A stretch of 64,000 nt of DNA, taken from IMG/VR virus record IMGVR_UViG_3300013014_000024, positions 1-64,000 of that record; one strand, written 5' to 3'. The notes beneath the pieces are model-generated. The model searched no databases and was not told the DNA's origin. It saw only the letters and a program-made list of their open reading frames with translations. The translations under genes and the position numbers were made by a program. Positions 40,475 to 50,991 of the stretch are shown one piece after another. This stretch comes from a virus. Positions within the stretch are counted from its first letter, which is position 1. Every line of letters begins with the position of its first letter.

Positions 40475-40921
40475 TTAAAGTTTAATTTCAAAACGATTTT
40501 TCATTATTTCCAATTTGTCTTCAGGAACCCCATGAACATTCTTACCACCGTGACGATTTTCAACAATCAAAGATACAACTTTATAGTTATACTTTTCAGC
40601 CAATTTATAATAATCTTCCATTTCCCATTCTTGGGTAAAGGTATTTGAAACCGCAATTTCAGGGTAATACTGTTCATTGAGTTGGTGGTCTCCCATCATA
40701 GTCTCAACTTTATTCTTACACCAAGCATGAGCATCTTTAATCTTTGAGGGGTCAAAATTATAATTCCCTTCTTTATCATAAAAATATTGGTCTGCCTCCA
40801 CAACAGCATACTCGTTCCAAATGTGTATTGCAAAAGATGTTTTACCTGACCCTAGTTACGGAACCCCTCTAATCAGGAATAAAATTCCTGTAGAGGGGTT
40901 CTTAATTTTTTCATTATTCAT
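40475..40921 (-). pseudogene. AAA_33/polynucleotide-kinase-like gene with in-frame TAA-CTA inside Walker A (pseudogene or recoded)
   Basis: LFLIRGVP*LGSGKTS..EADQYF..AH.WC..SNTF..NVHGVP. Confidence 0.8.
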
Positions 40922-40990
40922 AATATTTATTGTTAGAGGTTTTCCTGACTATGAATACAAAAATAGTAATTAATTTATTAAAATCAAAAT

Positions 40991-41881
40991 ATGTTTTATA
41001 GAAATTGTCCTTCTTGTAATAATGTTATAGAATATAAATCAAAATATACTCACGAAAAAGGTTTAAAATCAAACACTGAATGTAAAAAATGTTACCTTAA
41101 AAAAATAATTACACCAGAAAGAAGAAAAAAGATGTCTGAAAATATGAAAGGGGATAAAAATCCAATGTTTGGTAAAACTGGTGAAAAAAATCCTTTTTTT
41201 GGTAAAAATCATACCGAAGAAACTAAGAAAAAAATGAATAGTAATAAGGATTATTCGGTATACAAAACCGATGAATTCAGAAATAAAATGTCAAAAACAA
41301 CCAAAGGAAATAAAAATCCTATGTACGGAAAAAACTTCTATCAAGTATGGGTTGAAAACTTTGGAGAAACAATTGCGAACGAAAAATTAGCTCAATTCAA
41401 ACTAAAGGTATCAACTAATTCTTCAGGAAATAGAAATCCTATGTATGGAAAAATAACTCCACAAGGTTCTGGAAATGGATGGAGTGGATGGTATAATGGA
41501 TGGTTTTTTAGAAGTATTAAAGAATTAACTTATATGATAAAAATCATAGAGAGATTTAACTTATCCTGGAAAACCGCCGAAAGTTCGGAGTATTCAATTA
41601 ACTATATGTTTAACAATAGTTCAAGAACTTACCATCCTGACTTTGTCATTAACAATAAATATTTGGTTGAAATTAAACCCAAAAGACTATGGAATAGTCT
41701 TTTGGTTAATCAAAAAACAATCGCGGCAAAATTGTTTTGTGAAAAAAATGGGTTGATATACAAACTTGTAGATATTACTTCAATAGATGAAAAATTGATA
41801 ATTGAATTATATAATTCAAAAAAAATAAAATTTACAGAACGATATGAAAAAAAATTTCGTGAACGTTTTTTAACAAAATAA
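40991..41881 (+). mobile_element. homing endonuclease (NUMOD3 repeats + PD-(D/E)XK/TnsA-like domain)
   Basis: Repeated KNP(M/F)(F/Y)GK; YHPDF...LVEIKP. Confidence 0.85.
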
Positions 41882-41889
41882 TATTCCGC

Positions 41890-42135
41890 TCATTTGTAAT
41901 AATTTTTTATTTTTCTAAAATTAATCTCAACTAACTTTCCGTCGGGTCTTATTGACCCATAGTGCAAACTACTATCTTCTTCAACCCTAACTACAACATC
42001 GTAGGTTAGGACTTGATTAAATCCATTTTTGTTAGACTCGATTGTATCTATAACAACATATTCATTTTTTTCTAAAACTGCCTCAGAGCAACTTGTAAAA
42101 AAGATAAGACCTAAAATACATAAAAATTTATTCAT
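41890..42135 (-). CDS. putative lipoprotein
   Basis: FFTSC lipobox-like signal. Confidence 0.7.
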   Translation of the reverse strand: MNKFLCILGLIFFTSCSEAVLEKNEYVVIDTIESNKNGFNQVLTYDVVVRVEEDSSLHYGSIRPDGKLVEINFRKIKNYYK

Positions 42136-42146
42136 AATTACTTTTT

Positions 42147-42341
42147 TTAATATCCTTTTTGAATAGTTAATCCGTATGTAAAGTTAAGAAAAGAAATTTG
42201 AATTACAAAAGCCGGAGAGGTAACTCCTGTCTCAAGAAAATAATCTTTAAAATACAACATTGAAACACAGGGTATTATCCAATACATTCCTTTAATTTTT
42301 CTAATTCTATTACTTGCTATAAACCATTTTTTCATCACCAA
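42147..42341 (-). CDS. hypothetical protein
   Basis: ORF in operon. Confidence 0.55.
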   Translation of the reverse strand: MVMKKWFIASNRIRKIKGMYWIIPCVSMLYFKDYFLETGVTSPAFVIQISFLNFTYGLTIQKGY

Positions 42342-42526
42342 GTTTCTATTTCTGTTAAATCTAATTTTTTATTCGGAACCAAACTACATTCTACTGTAAC
42401 CACATCACCGATACCTGTTGGTCTAAAACAATACGTGTAAGAACCATATTCACCATAAATGGTTTTAATGGCTTCATTCCATTCTTTCAATTTAGACATT
42501 TGAGTTTCAGATAATTCAAATTTCAT
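42335..42526 (-). CDS. hypothetical phage protein
   Basis: ORF; YTYCFRPTGIG. Confidence 0.7.
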   Translation of the reverse strand: MKFELSETQMSKLKEWNEAIKTIYGEYGSYTYCFRPTGIGDVVTVECSLVPNKKLDLTEIETW

Positions 42527-42544
42527 CTTAATGTTTTTTTATGT

Positions 42545-42739
42545 TTATAACTCAATATAATATTCAATATCAGATATTATTGTTTTATCTATTGGATATA
42601 TTGCAACTTCTCTAAAATTAAGACTTTCTTTTTGATAAATCAAAAAATGGTAACATCCATTACTAATTTTAAATTCTTCCGCAATAACTTCTTTAATTGG
42701 CCATTGAGACCCCATTACTTCAATATGGTATTTATTCAT
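42545..42739 (-). CDS. hypothetical protein
   Basis: ORF. Confidence 0.6.
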   Translation of the reverse strand: MNKYHIEVMGSQWPIKEVIAEEFKISNGCYHFLIYQKESLNFREVAIYPIDKTIISDIEYYIEL

Positions 42740-43107
42740 AATTTTTGTTTTACTATTTCAATCAACTTTTTTAAGCAAGCAAGTTCTGCTTGTTCGTAGG
42801 TTTCATACTCATCAATACTAAAATTTTCAACTGATGAATATACAATGGCAACATATTTTTTATTATGTTGAATTGTTGAATCAAACTTATACTTCTCTCT
42901 AAACCATCTAAATGCTTGTTGGTATAGTGGTGCTTTTGTATTTTTTGCGGGTATAATTGAATTTCCAACCCATTTCCATCCATTTTCAGACGTTGAAGGG
43001 AAAGTTATGGTTAAATTATTATCTTCATAATACCCAAAGCATGGTTCATCAAACCCTAAACCTTTAAGAGATAATGATTGTTCGTATGGGACAAATTCTT
43101 TATCCAT
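42736..43107 (-). CDS. conserved Bacteroidetes-phage-type hypothetical protein
   Basis: EFVPYE..L.LK.LGFDEPC...APLYQQAFRWFREK. Confidence 0.75.
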   Translation of the reverse strand: MDKEFVPYEQSLSLKGLGFDEPCFGYYEDNNLTITFPSTSENGWKWVGNSIIPAKNTKAPLYQQAFRWFREKYKFDSTIQHNKKYVAIVYSSVENFSIDEYETYEQAELACLKKLIEIVKQKL

Positions 43108-43112
43108 TTTTA

Positions 43113-43781
43113 TTATTTTGAGTTTAACAATCTTTCAACATGGTGGTCTTCTGGCATTTCAGACAATTTTTCTCTATGTCTCAACAAAGGAACAACTTCT
43201 CTATACACATTATAAGGTCTGAACTCAGGATGACCATCCATACCCACGTCCATTCTTTGTCCCCTACCAAACCTCATATGAGTTGGCAAATGGCAGTGTC
43301 CGTGTAAGTGCATTACACCCTTATTAAGACCATCCCAAGAACTTATGGGATAATGCATCAAACGGAACTTAAATTGTCCCATTTCAAGTGTATTGTAGTG
43401 TGAAACGGATTTAAACAAACCCTGGCTACCTTGCCTATTGTTTTCTATGTGGTGGTCGTGGTTCCCCAATACCAAATGTATGTTCTTACATACCAATCTA
43501 TCCCAAAATTCACGTATTTGCTCAAATCCACCGAAAGACCAGTCACCAAGATGTATCAATATATCATCTTGTTCAACAACTTCATTTATGTTATTGACTA
43601 TGGCGGCATTCATTTTTTCTACAGTAGCAAAATCACGAGTTTGAGATATGGGAACTTGTCCGTCTTGAGTTCTCCAAGCGGTTGTACCACGACATATGTT
43701 ATTATGGGAAAAGTGAGTATCGGAGGTTATCCATACATTAACTTCTGGTACATTTTTTGTATCTACAGGTATCTTTATCAT
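43113..43781 (-). CDS. calcineurin-like metallophosphoesterase
   Basis: SDTHF.H, HLGD, GNHD, HYP, HGHCH. Confidence 0.9.
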   Translation of the reverse strand: MIKIPVDTKNVPEVNVWITSDTHFSHNNICRGTTAWRTQDGQVPISQTRDFATVEKMNAAIVNNINEVVEQDDILIHLGDWSFGGFEQIREFWDRLVCKNIHLVLGNHDHHIENNRQGSQGLFKSVSHYNTLEMGQFKFRLMHYPISSWDGLNKGVMHLHGHCHLPTHMRFGRGQRMDVGMDGHPEFRPYNVYREVVPLLRHREKLSEMPEDHHVERLLNSK

Positions 43782-43798
43782 GACACAAAGATAAAAAA

Positions 43799-44056
43799 TT
43801 ATTTCATTGTAACCAAAAAAACTGCATTCTGTTCTCCGGCATGAAGACCTAAAATATTGTAGTCATAATATTCTTCTGCCTCTTGCTCGGTCATTAAATC
43901 TCTTTCTTGTAAAATTTGTAAAATCTTGGATTTACAATATAATATTCTTGGAGAATTACCAAACTCCTCTACTATACCGACAATTGCGTCTTCTAATCCG
44001 TCTAACATTATTGCACCTTCGCAATAAGATTCTATATCGTAGTTATTGATTATCAT
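43799..44056 (-). CDS. hypothetical phage protein
   Basis: DGLEDAIVG...EA.EYYDYNI.G. Confidence 0.75.
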   Translation of the reverse strand: MIINNYDIESYCEGAIMLDGLEDAIVGIVEEFGNSPRILYCKSKILQILQERDLMTEQEAEEYYDYNILGLHAGEQNAVFLVTMK

Positions 44057-44194
44057 AATAAAAAAAAAACAAGTGAATTCAAAAATAAGATAAGTAAATT
44101 ACCAAGATACTACCAAGAAATTTGAATTTCACTTGTTATACACAATATTAGTTATTTTATTCCATTACGTCAATATTTATTAAAAACATTTAAT

Positions 44195-45325
44195 ATGAAA
44201 CAATGGTCAATAGGATTAATGTCTAACGATGAAAAAAGAAACATCTTAGACCAACATAAAACTCTATACGATGGTTACAGAACCATGCAACCTCAAGTGT
44301 CAAATACACAACCACTTTATACTCAAGATTTTGCTAACGATAAAGTTGGTGTAACCGTAACTAATAAAGGCGATGTTAAGAGATACACGAATATGGGTAT
44401 TAACGAACAAGTTAAAAAAGAATCAATGTGTTCTGAGTGCGGAGGAATGGTATATGAAGGTGAATGTATGGAATGTGGTTATGGGGGTAGAGGAATGGGA
44501 GAAGAAATGGGAGAGGAGACACAACAAGTTAAAAACTTAAAAAAAGTTTATGATATAGACAAAAATAATAAGTTTGATTACGTTGAAGGTGAAATTGATG
44601 AGCTTAGCTCAAGTGAGCTTAAAAGAGGTAAAAAATATAAATATAAACACCCTGAATTTGACGATGATTTAGAATATGAAGATGAGTTTGAAGATAAACA
44701 TGGAGGTGATACCATGTATAAATTCAAATCAAAAGATAATACAACACACATGATGCCAAATAAATCTATTGAATACTTTATGGGTGATTTGGACGAAGAT
44801 GATGCTTTTGATGCAGACGCTTTACAAAATTTGACAGGTCAGGAAGCTCCACATATGTCAGATGATATGGCTCCTGATGGAATGGATGATGACAGCGATA
44901 ACGATAGAAAAATGATGGCGGATGGAGAAATGGAAGAAACATATCAAGGAAATCCTTACGATAATAGAGAAAGAGCATATACTTTCACATCCAAAGGACC
45001 AAAAGATAGTGGAGATACATATTCAATCAAAGCCGATGATATGGACTTGGATGATTCTGAAATTGAAAGACCATTTAATTTTTCATCAAATGGAGCGGTA
45101 AGAGAATTTGACCAAATGGAATCTGCCTTTGATGATGAGGATGATGATTTGGCAATTTTAGATTATAATCAAGATGAAGAAGATGATTATGATGATAATG
45201 ATTCTTGGGAAGAAATTACTTCTGACAAAGATTCATTAGACATTGATGACGATATCAGAGAAAGTGTAAATAAACAAAAAGGTCTGATTTTAGAGATGAT
45301 GAATAGAATGAAAGGAAGAAATTAA
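44195..45325 (+). CDS. highly acidic leader-bearing protein with CxxC..CxxC motif
   Basis: D/E-rich; RTATTTAT promoter. Confidence 0.8.
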   Translation: MKQWSIGLMSNDEKRNILDQHKTLYDGYRTMQPQVSNTQPLYTQDFANDKVGVTVTNKGDVKRYTNMGINEQVKKESMCSECGGMVYEGECMECGYGGRGMGEEMGEETQQVKNLKKVYDIDKNNKFDYVEGEIDELSSSELKRGKKYKYKHPEFDDDLEYEDEFEDKHGGDTMYKFKSKDNTTHMMPNKSIEYFMGDLDEDDAFDADALQNLTGQEAPHMSDDMAPDGMDDDSDNDRKMMADGEMEETYQGNPYDNRERAYTFTSKGPKDSGDTYSIKADDMDLDDSEIERPFNFSSNGAVREFDQMESAFDDEDDDLAILDYNQDEEDDYDDNDSWEEITSDKDSLDIDDDIRESVNKQKGLILEMMNRMKGRN

Positions 45326-45409
45326 AAATAAATCCCCTATAAATTAGGGGATTTTTTTGTTATATATGGATTTTCATCTTTTTTAAGATATTTCTTAATA
45401 AAAAAGTTT

Positions 45410-45703
45410 ATGGAAATCAAAGAAGTAGTTAATTATTTTCTTAATTCTGACAAGAATATTTTAGAGGTTACTTTCAGAACAATAGAAGATGATGAAGAAA
45501 ATGTTAGAATAGATAATATTGATTATAACCTTGTTGAAGAATATGGATATGAATTAGAATCATTCTCTTTATTTGATGAAGACGAAGATAGTGAAGAATA
45601 TAATGAAGATATTGTAGAACTAGATGAAGATGATTTAATTTCATTTTTAAATGAATACTATGAAGTTAATCCAAAGGCAATACCAAAATCCGAACCTTAT
45701 TAA
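45410..45703 (+). CDS. acidic hypothetical protein
   Basis: ORF. Confidence 0.75.
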   Translation: MEIKEVVNYFLNSDKNILEVTFRTIEDDEENVRIDNIDYNLVEEYGYELESFSLFDEDEDSEEYNEDIVELDEDDLISFLNEYYEVNPKAIPKSEPY

Positions 45704-45723
45704 CATATGAAGTATTTATTATC

Positions 45724-45966
45724 ATGGAACTAAATGTAGACACGTTAATTTTAATATACGAGAAATATACCTCTTCTAAAAAAGTAGAAGTAGATGAGCA
45801 AGACGCCGCCGCAGCAGGTGCAAGTACAGGTGGAGCATCAGCAAGTAGTGTACCTAAATGGGCTGATTTATACTCAATAAAAAGAGGTAAAGGTAATATG
45901 CTTGGTAAAGCTGGTGAAAAATGGAGTACTGGACTAAATAGAGGACTTGCCAATCAGATTTGGTAA
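45724..45966 (+). CDS. small hypothetical protein
   Basis: RTATTTAT promoter; repeated W...RG.(G/A)N. Confidence 0.7.
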   Translation: MELNVDTLILIYEKYTSSKKVEVDEQDAAAAGASTGGASASSVPKWADLYSIKRGKGNMLGKAGEKWSTGLNRGLANQIW

Positions 45967-46198
45967 TCAACTTAAGTTCGTAATCCAAATTGTTATTTAT
46001 TAAGTTTGTTCTTGATAAAACTCTACAAACAATTTCATCTTCTTCATCGGTTGGGATTTGAGAATTAAAAACTTTGAGTAGTGCTCGGGAAAAAACTTTA
46101 CCATCTTTCAAAGATTGTACTTTTATTGTACCTGTTGTCATTTTTTTCATGATGTAAAGATGATGTTTAATTTTGAAAAAAACAAATATTTATAAAAA

Positions 46199-47056
46199 AT
46201 GAACAAAAATTATCTATTATATAAAGAAACGGAAAGAATAAAAGTTTTAATGTCCGAACAAATATTTTTGGGTGGTCCTACAATTGGGTTTTCACCTAAA
46301 AATGCCGTAAAAACTATTGACTGGATGAAAACTTGGAACAAGCATGATTGGTTGTCATTTATTGAAGTTACAAGTGGTATATTAGGGATGGTACCTACTC
46401 CCGCAACTCCAATTTTAATGTTTATATCCACAGCTGCGGCGGTATCAAATGCAACAGGATATTGGAAAGAGGGTCATCATTTTGAGGCTGGTTTAATATT
46501 ATCATTTAGTCTTTTAAGTACGGGAGTACTAATTAATCTTTTGAAGAATTCTGAAATTTTTATGAAATTGGGAGCAAAGGGTAGTACGGAGTTAATTGAG
46601 AATGTGGCATCTGGAACCGCATCAAGGGCCGAACAAGAAATGGCTAAGAAATTGGTTAAAGAAATTACTCCAGTTGCGGATAAATTAGCAAAGGAAACTT
46701 CGAAAGAAATTGTTAAAAGATTTATTGCTGAATTACCTAAAAAAAGTTTGATAGAACTTATAAAAATTTTAAGAGGTATATCTAAATTAGGTATCTACGG
46801 AATAAAAGAGGGTGTTGTGATTGCCGGAACTTTCATAACTTATGATAAAATGTATAGGGCTCTTAATTATAAAAACGAAAAAAATTTATCTGAAAGAGAT
46901 AAAAACCAATTGGTCAATTTGTATCAGTTGATTTTTAATAATCAAGATGAAATACAACAATCTATGTTAAGGGAAGTAAAAAAAGCACAACCAAAACTTT
47001 TTGAAAATCCTGATACCATCATACATAATGACACAACATTTAAAATCACATTTTAA
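46199..47056 (+). CDS. leader-bearing protein with hydrophobic helices
   Basis: LYKETERIKVLMSE; hydrophobic hairpins. Confidence 0.8.
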   Translation: MNKNYLLYKETERIKVLMSEQIFLGGPTIGFSPKNAVKTIDWMKTWNKHDWLSFIEVTSGILGMVPTPATPILMFISTAAAVSNATGYWKEGHHFEAGLILSFSLLSTGVLINLLKNSEIFMKLGAKGSTELIENVASGTASRAEQEMAKKLVKEITPVADKLAKETSKEIVKRFIAELPKKSLIELIKILRGISKLGIYGIKEGVVIAGTFITYDKMYRALNYKNEKNLSERDKNQLVNLYQLIFNNQDEIQQSMLREVKKAQPKLFENPDTIIHNDTTFKITF

Positions 47057-47065
47057 AAAAAAAAT

Positions 47066-48418
47066 ATGGAAAAAAAACTGATTACAGAAGTAGAAAAAAT
47101 TAAAAAAATGATGGGATTATTATTAGAAAATACAGGATTTTTTAATGGGATTACTGATGATATGGTGAAAGATATAATGTCAATATCTAAAGTAAGAGGT
47201 TTTAAATCTTGGTTTAAACAAAAGGATGTAAACCTTATGAAGGACCTTGAAAAACTTGAAGGAATTACAAGTGGTAAAATAAAATTAGATACACCGGCAG
47301 ATGTGGCCGCAAAGGACGGAATTATTAAAAGATTAATTCAAAATGAAGCTATCGCGGATTATTTGATACCAGAATTGTTAACCAAACATTTACCGACATT
47401 TAATAATATGAATTTAATCAAAGATGCAATCAAAAAAAACATTAAAAGTGGTGTAAAACCAAATGTCATTCTTAACGGAATACCAAACATAGTTCGAGTA
47501 AGATTTCCGCAAACCGATGATATAGTTAAAAAATATATCGTAAATGACCTGAAAAATTATACGGTATATATTACTGATTATATACCTGGTTCTGAATTTT
47601 TAAGTTCAAAATGGGGAAAACTTAAACAAGGTTGGTCAATTGGTAAAGACGCTAAATCAGGTGGATTAGCGGGAACAAAAAGTTTAATTGTGAGGGTACC
47701 ACCAATCAACTTTATAACAAAAGCAAGTGATAAATATTTCAAAACTTCTTTTAGAAAAAAATTGAACGAAGAAGAAGTAGAAATAGTTCGTAGATTTTTT
47801 TTGACTGGAGTTGCAGATTACCCATTATTAAGGAGGGTTTTTAAATCTTACGGTTTTGTTGGTGCAACAGGAAACTTAGCCAGACAACTTGTAAAAAAAA
47901 TAGCTTATTTAACACTTGTTAAATCGGCTTTAAATTTTTTGTACCAATCATTAGTTGATAATAAAGATAATCTTTCGGAATATGATGAAGAGAATATGCA
48001 CTGGTTTTTTGTAGTTTGTTATAGATTAGTTCATTCTATTGAATTTCCATCTTTAGGATGGGTAAGTCCGGCGGGTTGGCTTGCAGGTCTTTTAGGTTTT
48101 ACACTTAAACCCGCTGTTTATGGTAAGGGTAGAGATGCGATGTTGAAAGAATTTGAAAACTATTTGAAAGGAGGAAATGAAAAAAATTATCCTAAACTTT
48201 GGCATGGATATAAACTCAGTGATATTTATCAAGCAATTATGAATAGTATAAATTCGGAAATAGAAAAAATAGATGTAGAAATAAAACAACTTGAATCTGG
48301 TAAAAATATAGAACCACAAACTTTATCAAGACACGGAGTTAGGATAAATAATAATTCAAAACAAAAGACTAATGATGACGATGCAATAAATAATACTCCA
48401 GGTTGGAAGAAAAAATAA
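47066..48418 (+). CDS. ITE-leader large protein
   Basis: MEKKLITEVEKIKKMMGLLLE. Confidence 0.8.
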   Translation: MEKKLITEVEKIKKMMGLLLENTGFFNGITDDMVKDIMSISKVRGFKSWFKQKDVNLMKDLEKLEGITSGKIKLDTPADVAAKDGIIKRLIQNEAIADYLIPELLTKHLPTFNNMNLIKDAIKKNIKSGVKPNVILNGIPNIVRVRFPQTDDIVKKYIVNDLKNYTVYITDYIPGSEFLSSKWGKLKQGWSIGKDAKSGGLAGTKSLIVRVPPINFITKASDKYFKTSFRKKLNEEEVEIVRRFFLTGVADYPLLRRVFKSYGFVGATGNLARQLVKKIAYLTLVKSALNFLYQSLVDNKDNLSEYDEENMHWFFVVCYRLVHSIEFPSLGWVSPAGWLAGLLGFTLKPAVYGKGRDAMLKEFENYLKGGNEKNYPKLWHGYKLSDIYQAIMNSINSEIEKIDVEIKQLESGKNIEPQTLSRHGVRINNNSKQKTNDDDAINNTPGWKKK

Positions 48419-48425
48419 AATTAAA

Positions 48426-49637
48426 ATGAATAAATTTCAAGTTGGTAAATTATGGTATTCAATAGTTGCAAAGTTCCCAAACTTCATGACTCTATCACAA
48501 TTTGAAGATGGTATGAGTACAAAGGAAGGTAGAAAACAATTTTATGATAACCAAAAAGAAAGATTAAAAAAAAGAGGAATAGATTTAGGAAATGATTACA
48601 CTGCTTATGAAAAAAAATATGGAGGAGGTTCTCCAACACCTACACCATCTCCAACACCAGTAGCCAAAACAGTATGGTCTTGTATTGAAAAGTCAGAAGA
48701 AAAACATGGAGTTAAAGATGAATATAAAACAAAACCTGTTAACAATACACAAAAAAAAATGACCCAACCAAGTGGAAATATATTTTACTATAATATTGAT
48801 TATACGTTTAAAATTGTGTTTAATGACGACAAAAAGAGTGAATTAGATGGTACATGGAAATGTGATGGAAATTCGGATTTTACAATACTAATGGACACTG
48901 GGGAAACATTTACAAGTACAACAGGAAAATGGACAATACCTGAACAAAATAAAACATCATTTTTTGGAAAAAAACTAATTGAAGAAAACATTAAAAATAA
49001 AAATTTTTCATTTAAATCTTTAATTAAGAAACATATTGTTGAAACAAAAGAAAAAAAAGATTCCTCAATTATTGAAAATAACTTAATTAATTCAAGATTA
49101 AAATTTGTTTTAGGTAATGATGATTTTAACAAATTATCAGGACATAAAAAGGTTAAAGTTAGTTTTGAACTATTTGAAGAAATTTCAACTTTATCAAATC
49201 AAGGATTCATTAATGAAGAAAATTTATTGAGTACATTTAAAGGTCTTTTTGGTAATGATGTACATTCTTTACCTGAAACTTTTTATAAACCTTGGATAGA
49301 TACAGTTTTGAAAACTTTGAATATGAGTGATTCATATTTAAAAAAATATTTAATTTCACAATTAACAAAAAATCCATCCGAAGTTTGGAATTCTTTTGAA
49401 GATTGTGAAAAAATGACCAATATGGTTGCAAAGGCTCTATCAGAAACATTAATTTTCCACTTAAAAATGGATAAAGATTTTAGTAGTCTTTCAGAAATTA
49501 GAAATTCTTTGGAAGAAACTATGAGAGAAGAAGTATTTATTAATAAAATAGAAGACAAAATAAGTGATATGATTTGTTCCTCATTTGAGAAATATTCATC
49601 AAAAGCTTCTAATGTTTTGGATAAGTTAAAACAATGA
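48426..49637 (+). CDS. multi-domain hypothetical protein with PT linker
   Basis: SPTPTPSPTP linker. Confidence 0.8.
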   Translation: MNKFQVGKLWYSIVAKFPNFMTLSQFEDGMSTKEGRKQFYDNQKERLKKRGIDLGNDYTAYEKKYGGGSPTPTPSPTPVAKTVWSCIEKSEEKHGVKDEYKTKPVNNTQKKMTQPSGNIFYYNIDYTFKIVFNDDKKSELDGTWKCDGNSDFTILMDTGETFTSTTGKWTIPEQNKTSFFGKKLIEENIKNKNFSFKSLIKKHIVETKEKKDSSIIENNLINSRLKFVLGNDDFNKLSGHKKVKVSFELFEEISTLSNQGFINEENLLSTFKGLFGNDVHSLPETFYKPWIDTVLKTLNMSDSYLKKYLISQLTKNPSEVWNSFEDCEKMTNMVAKALSETLIFHLKMDKDFSSLSEIRNSLEETMREEVFINKIEDKISDMICSSFEKYSSKASNVLDKLKQ

Positions 49638-49714
49638 TAAATCTCAGAGCTAATCGCTCTTTGACTATAAATTAGAAAACAAAAAGGGGGTGTTCTAAAT
49701 TCTAAAAAGAAGGG

Positions 49715-50395
49715 TTATTTACCCTTCTTTTTTGTTTTAACAATCTCGTCAATAATTCCGTATTGAAGAGCTTCTTCAGCATCCAACCACAAATCTCTTT
49801 GAGCATCATTCATAACTTGTTCTGTGGTTTTACCACAAAATTCACCCAAAAGGTCAAACAAAATCTTGTTTACTTTTTCCCACTCAATCATATTGATACG
49901 AGCGTCTTGAATGTTACCTCCAGTACCACCAGAACTTTGGTGTAACATCGTTTTAGAATATTTTAGAGAACTACGTTTTCCTTTGGTTCCCGCTCCGAGG
50001 AGAACCGAACCCATAGAAGCCGCCATACCCGTATTTACCGTTTTAATATCACAAGCGATATATTGCATTACATCTACCATAGACAATCCTGATTTAACAC
50101 TACCACCAGGAGAGTCAATATGCATTGTGATATCTGTTTTGTCTGAAGAATCCAAGAACATTAACTGAGCCTGAACAACAGTTGACATCCTGTCATCAAC
50201 TTCACCCGCAACCCACAGCAAACGGTCTCTCATGAGACGTGAGAATATATCCATCTGAGTTACTCTCATTTCTCTTTCTTCCAAAATGTATGGAGTCATT
50301 GAGTTTTTAATGTGAGCTCCAACATAATGAAGGTCAAGTGAGTTTTTCCCAAGATGTTTTGTGTAATAACTTTGAAATTCATTTCCCAAATTCAT
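49715..50395 (-). CDS. clpP: ATP-dependent Clp protease proteolytic subunit
   Basis: DIFSRL, IDSPGGSV, G.AASMG, MLHQ, RDLWLDAEEAL.YG.ID. Confidence 0.95.
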   Translation of the reverse strand: MNLGNEFQSYYTKHLGKNSLDLHYVGAHIKNSMTPYILEEREMRVTQMDIFSRLMRDRLLWVAGEVDDRMSTVVQAQLMFLDSSDKTDITMHIDSPGGSVKSGLSMVDVMQYIACDIKTVNTGMAASMGSVLLGAGTKGKRSSLKYSKTMLHQSSGGTGGNIQDARINMIEWEKVNKILFDLLGEFCGKTTEQVMNDAQRDLWLDAEEALQYGIIDEIVKTKKKGK

Positions 50396-50427
50396 AATTT
50401 ATATTTTATCAAAGGTATAAAAAATAA

Positions 50428-50916
50428 TTAATTAAAAAAACTCTTTTGGAGGTCATCCCAAACATTTTGTAAAACATAATTATCGTTCATAATAGTAGGA
50501 ACAAATGGTATGTGGTTCATTTTCATTTTGGCTTCTTCAGGAGTTCTATTTGCCTTTTTCAGATTACAACTGAAACAAGATGTTACCAGATTTTCCCAAG
50601 TATTTGCACCTCCTCTTGATTTAGGTATTACATGGTCAAGTGTTAATGATTTTTTTGACCCACAATAAACACATTCGTATCCATCTCTTTTATAAATCCT
50701 TGTTCTGTTTGCTCTATACGCTCTTTTATGAAACTTAATATATGTCAATAATCTTATAACTATTGGTCTCACATATTTCTTAACCCCACTAATCATATCT
50801 TTCATGTCCGATTTAATAATTTCGGCTTTACCTTTATAAACAAGGTTAAATCCCCTCTGTATTGTTGTTACATTGATTGGGCTATAGTCAAAATTTAATA
50901 CAAGTACTTGTTCCAT
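50428..50916 (-). CDS. HNH endonuclease (McrA-like)
   Basis: RD.Y.C.YCG..LTLDHVIPKSRGG..WENLV..C..CN.KK. Confidence 0.92.
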   Translation of the reverse strand: MEQVLVLNFDYSPINVTTIQRGFNLVYKGKAEIIKSDMKDMISGVKKYVRPIVIRLLTYIKFHKRAYRANRTRIYKRDGYECVYCGSKKSLTLDHVIPKSRGGANTWENLVTSCFSCNLKKANRTPEEAKMKMNHIPFVPTIMNDNYVLQNVWDDLQKSFFN

Positions 50917-50945
50917 TTTGATAAAAATAAAGTTTATTTTTGAAT

Positions 50946-50972
50946 AAAAAAAGGGTCAGATAATTCCGACCC
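50946..50972 (-). terminator. terminator after leader ORF
   Basis: GGGTCGGA-ATTA-TCTGACCC-T7. Confidence 0.75.
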
Positions 50973-50991
50973 AATTTTTAATATATCACTT

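Noticed and set aside
40853-40950. Invertible segment (plus strand reads IVRGFP)
   Set aside because: No start codon in the inverted state and no recombinase; explained by RNA hairpin complementarity
45854-46150. Minus-strand 98-aa ORF
   Set aside because: May be real (promoter-like site upstream), but it overlaps 45724..45966 by 113 nt and has no recognisable motif; not called
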